Under the pieces are notes generated by a model, which had not been told where the DNA came from, did not search any database, and saw only the letters and a list, made by a program, of their open reading frames with translations. A DNA stretch of 62,961 bases, the filler included, from Stramenopiles sp. TOSAG23-3 (lineage: Eukaryota): the NCBI GenBank assembly GCA_900128585.1. It is 7 parts of 7 records of this genome, joined end to end, with 100 filler letters (N's around TTAATTAATTAA, not from the genome) between each part and the next. Parts side by side here need not be neighbours in the genome. Positions count along the whole stretch, not along the records: positions 54,070 to 62,961 come from LT642971.1; 6 more parts are not named here. One strand, written 5' to 3'. A program made the position numbers and the translations under genes. This document shows, piece after piece, positions 62,734 through 62,961 of this stretch. The first letter of the stretch is position 1, and each line of letters starts with the position of its first letter.

Positions 62734-62961
62734 CGTTATGACGTATATCGTATGTTAACGACGGTTTCTTCTGGAATTGAAATTGTTATTGTTTTATCGC
62801 CAACATTTTATCAATATACAAGTTTATAGTCATACATACTTCCGAACAAGAAGCGTATCCAGAGGAGGAGAAGAAGAAGAGGAGAAGAGAAAGAAGAAAA
62901 AAAGAAGAAGATATAGTAGTAGTATGTACAGACTAGAAGAAAGAAAGAAGAAAAGAAGAAG

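Noticed and set aside
1-62961. CRISPR arrays, tRNA, rRNA, snRNA or transposase genes, or a functional gene cluster
   Set aside because: None was recognised. The genes are functionally unrelated and lie on unlinked contigs.

Overview
Eukaryotic nuclear DNA from a flagellated protist, probably a stramenopile. The taxonomy is inferred from the ciliary genes DRC9, CFAP141 and roadblock, a CEP295-like gene, an HxDLSLEN-type kinase and an IDH with an EF-hand. The window is not one locus. It is seven contigs of about 8.9 kb, ordered by decreasing length (8916, 8914, 8913, 8913, 8911, 8902, 8892 bp) and joined by artificial 100-bp N44-TTAATTAATTAA-N44 linkers. It holds about 27 protein-coding genes separated by very AT-rich, microsatellite-rich spacers. 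Main observations: (1) Coding bodies up to 6.1 kb are uninterrupted, yet spliceosomal intron signals cluster at gene edges. Several GTAAG donors supply the apparent TAA stop (SF3B4, RPS26, RPL34, HMT), and others lie in UTRs. (2) A box C/D snoRNA with two LSU-rRNA guides sits in a putative 3'-UTR intron of RPL30. (3) An unidentified ~220-nt structured RNA ending in ACA sits in the putative terminal intron of RPS26. (4) An otherwise intact homocysteine S-methyltransferase has one in-frame TAG, and none of the 26 visible gene-terminal ORF ends uses TAG. (5) There is a secreted 10-Cys prepropeptide. (6) A dispersed, sense-oriented motif lies downstream of several stop codons. All family calls come from motif recognition by eye; no searches were run.
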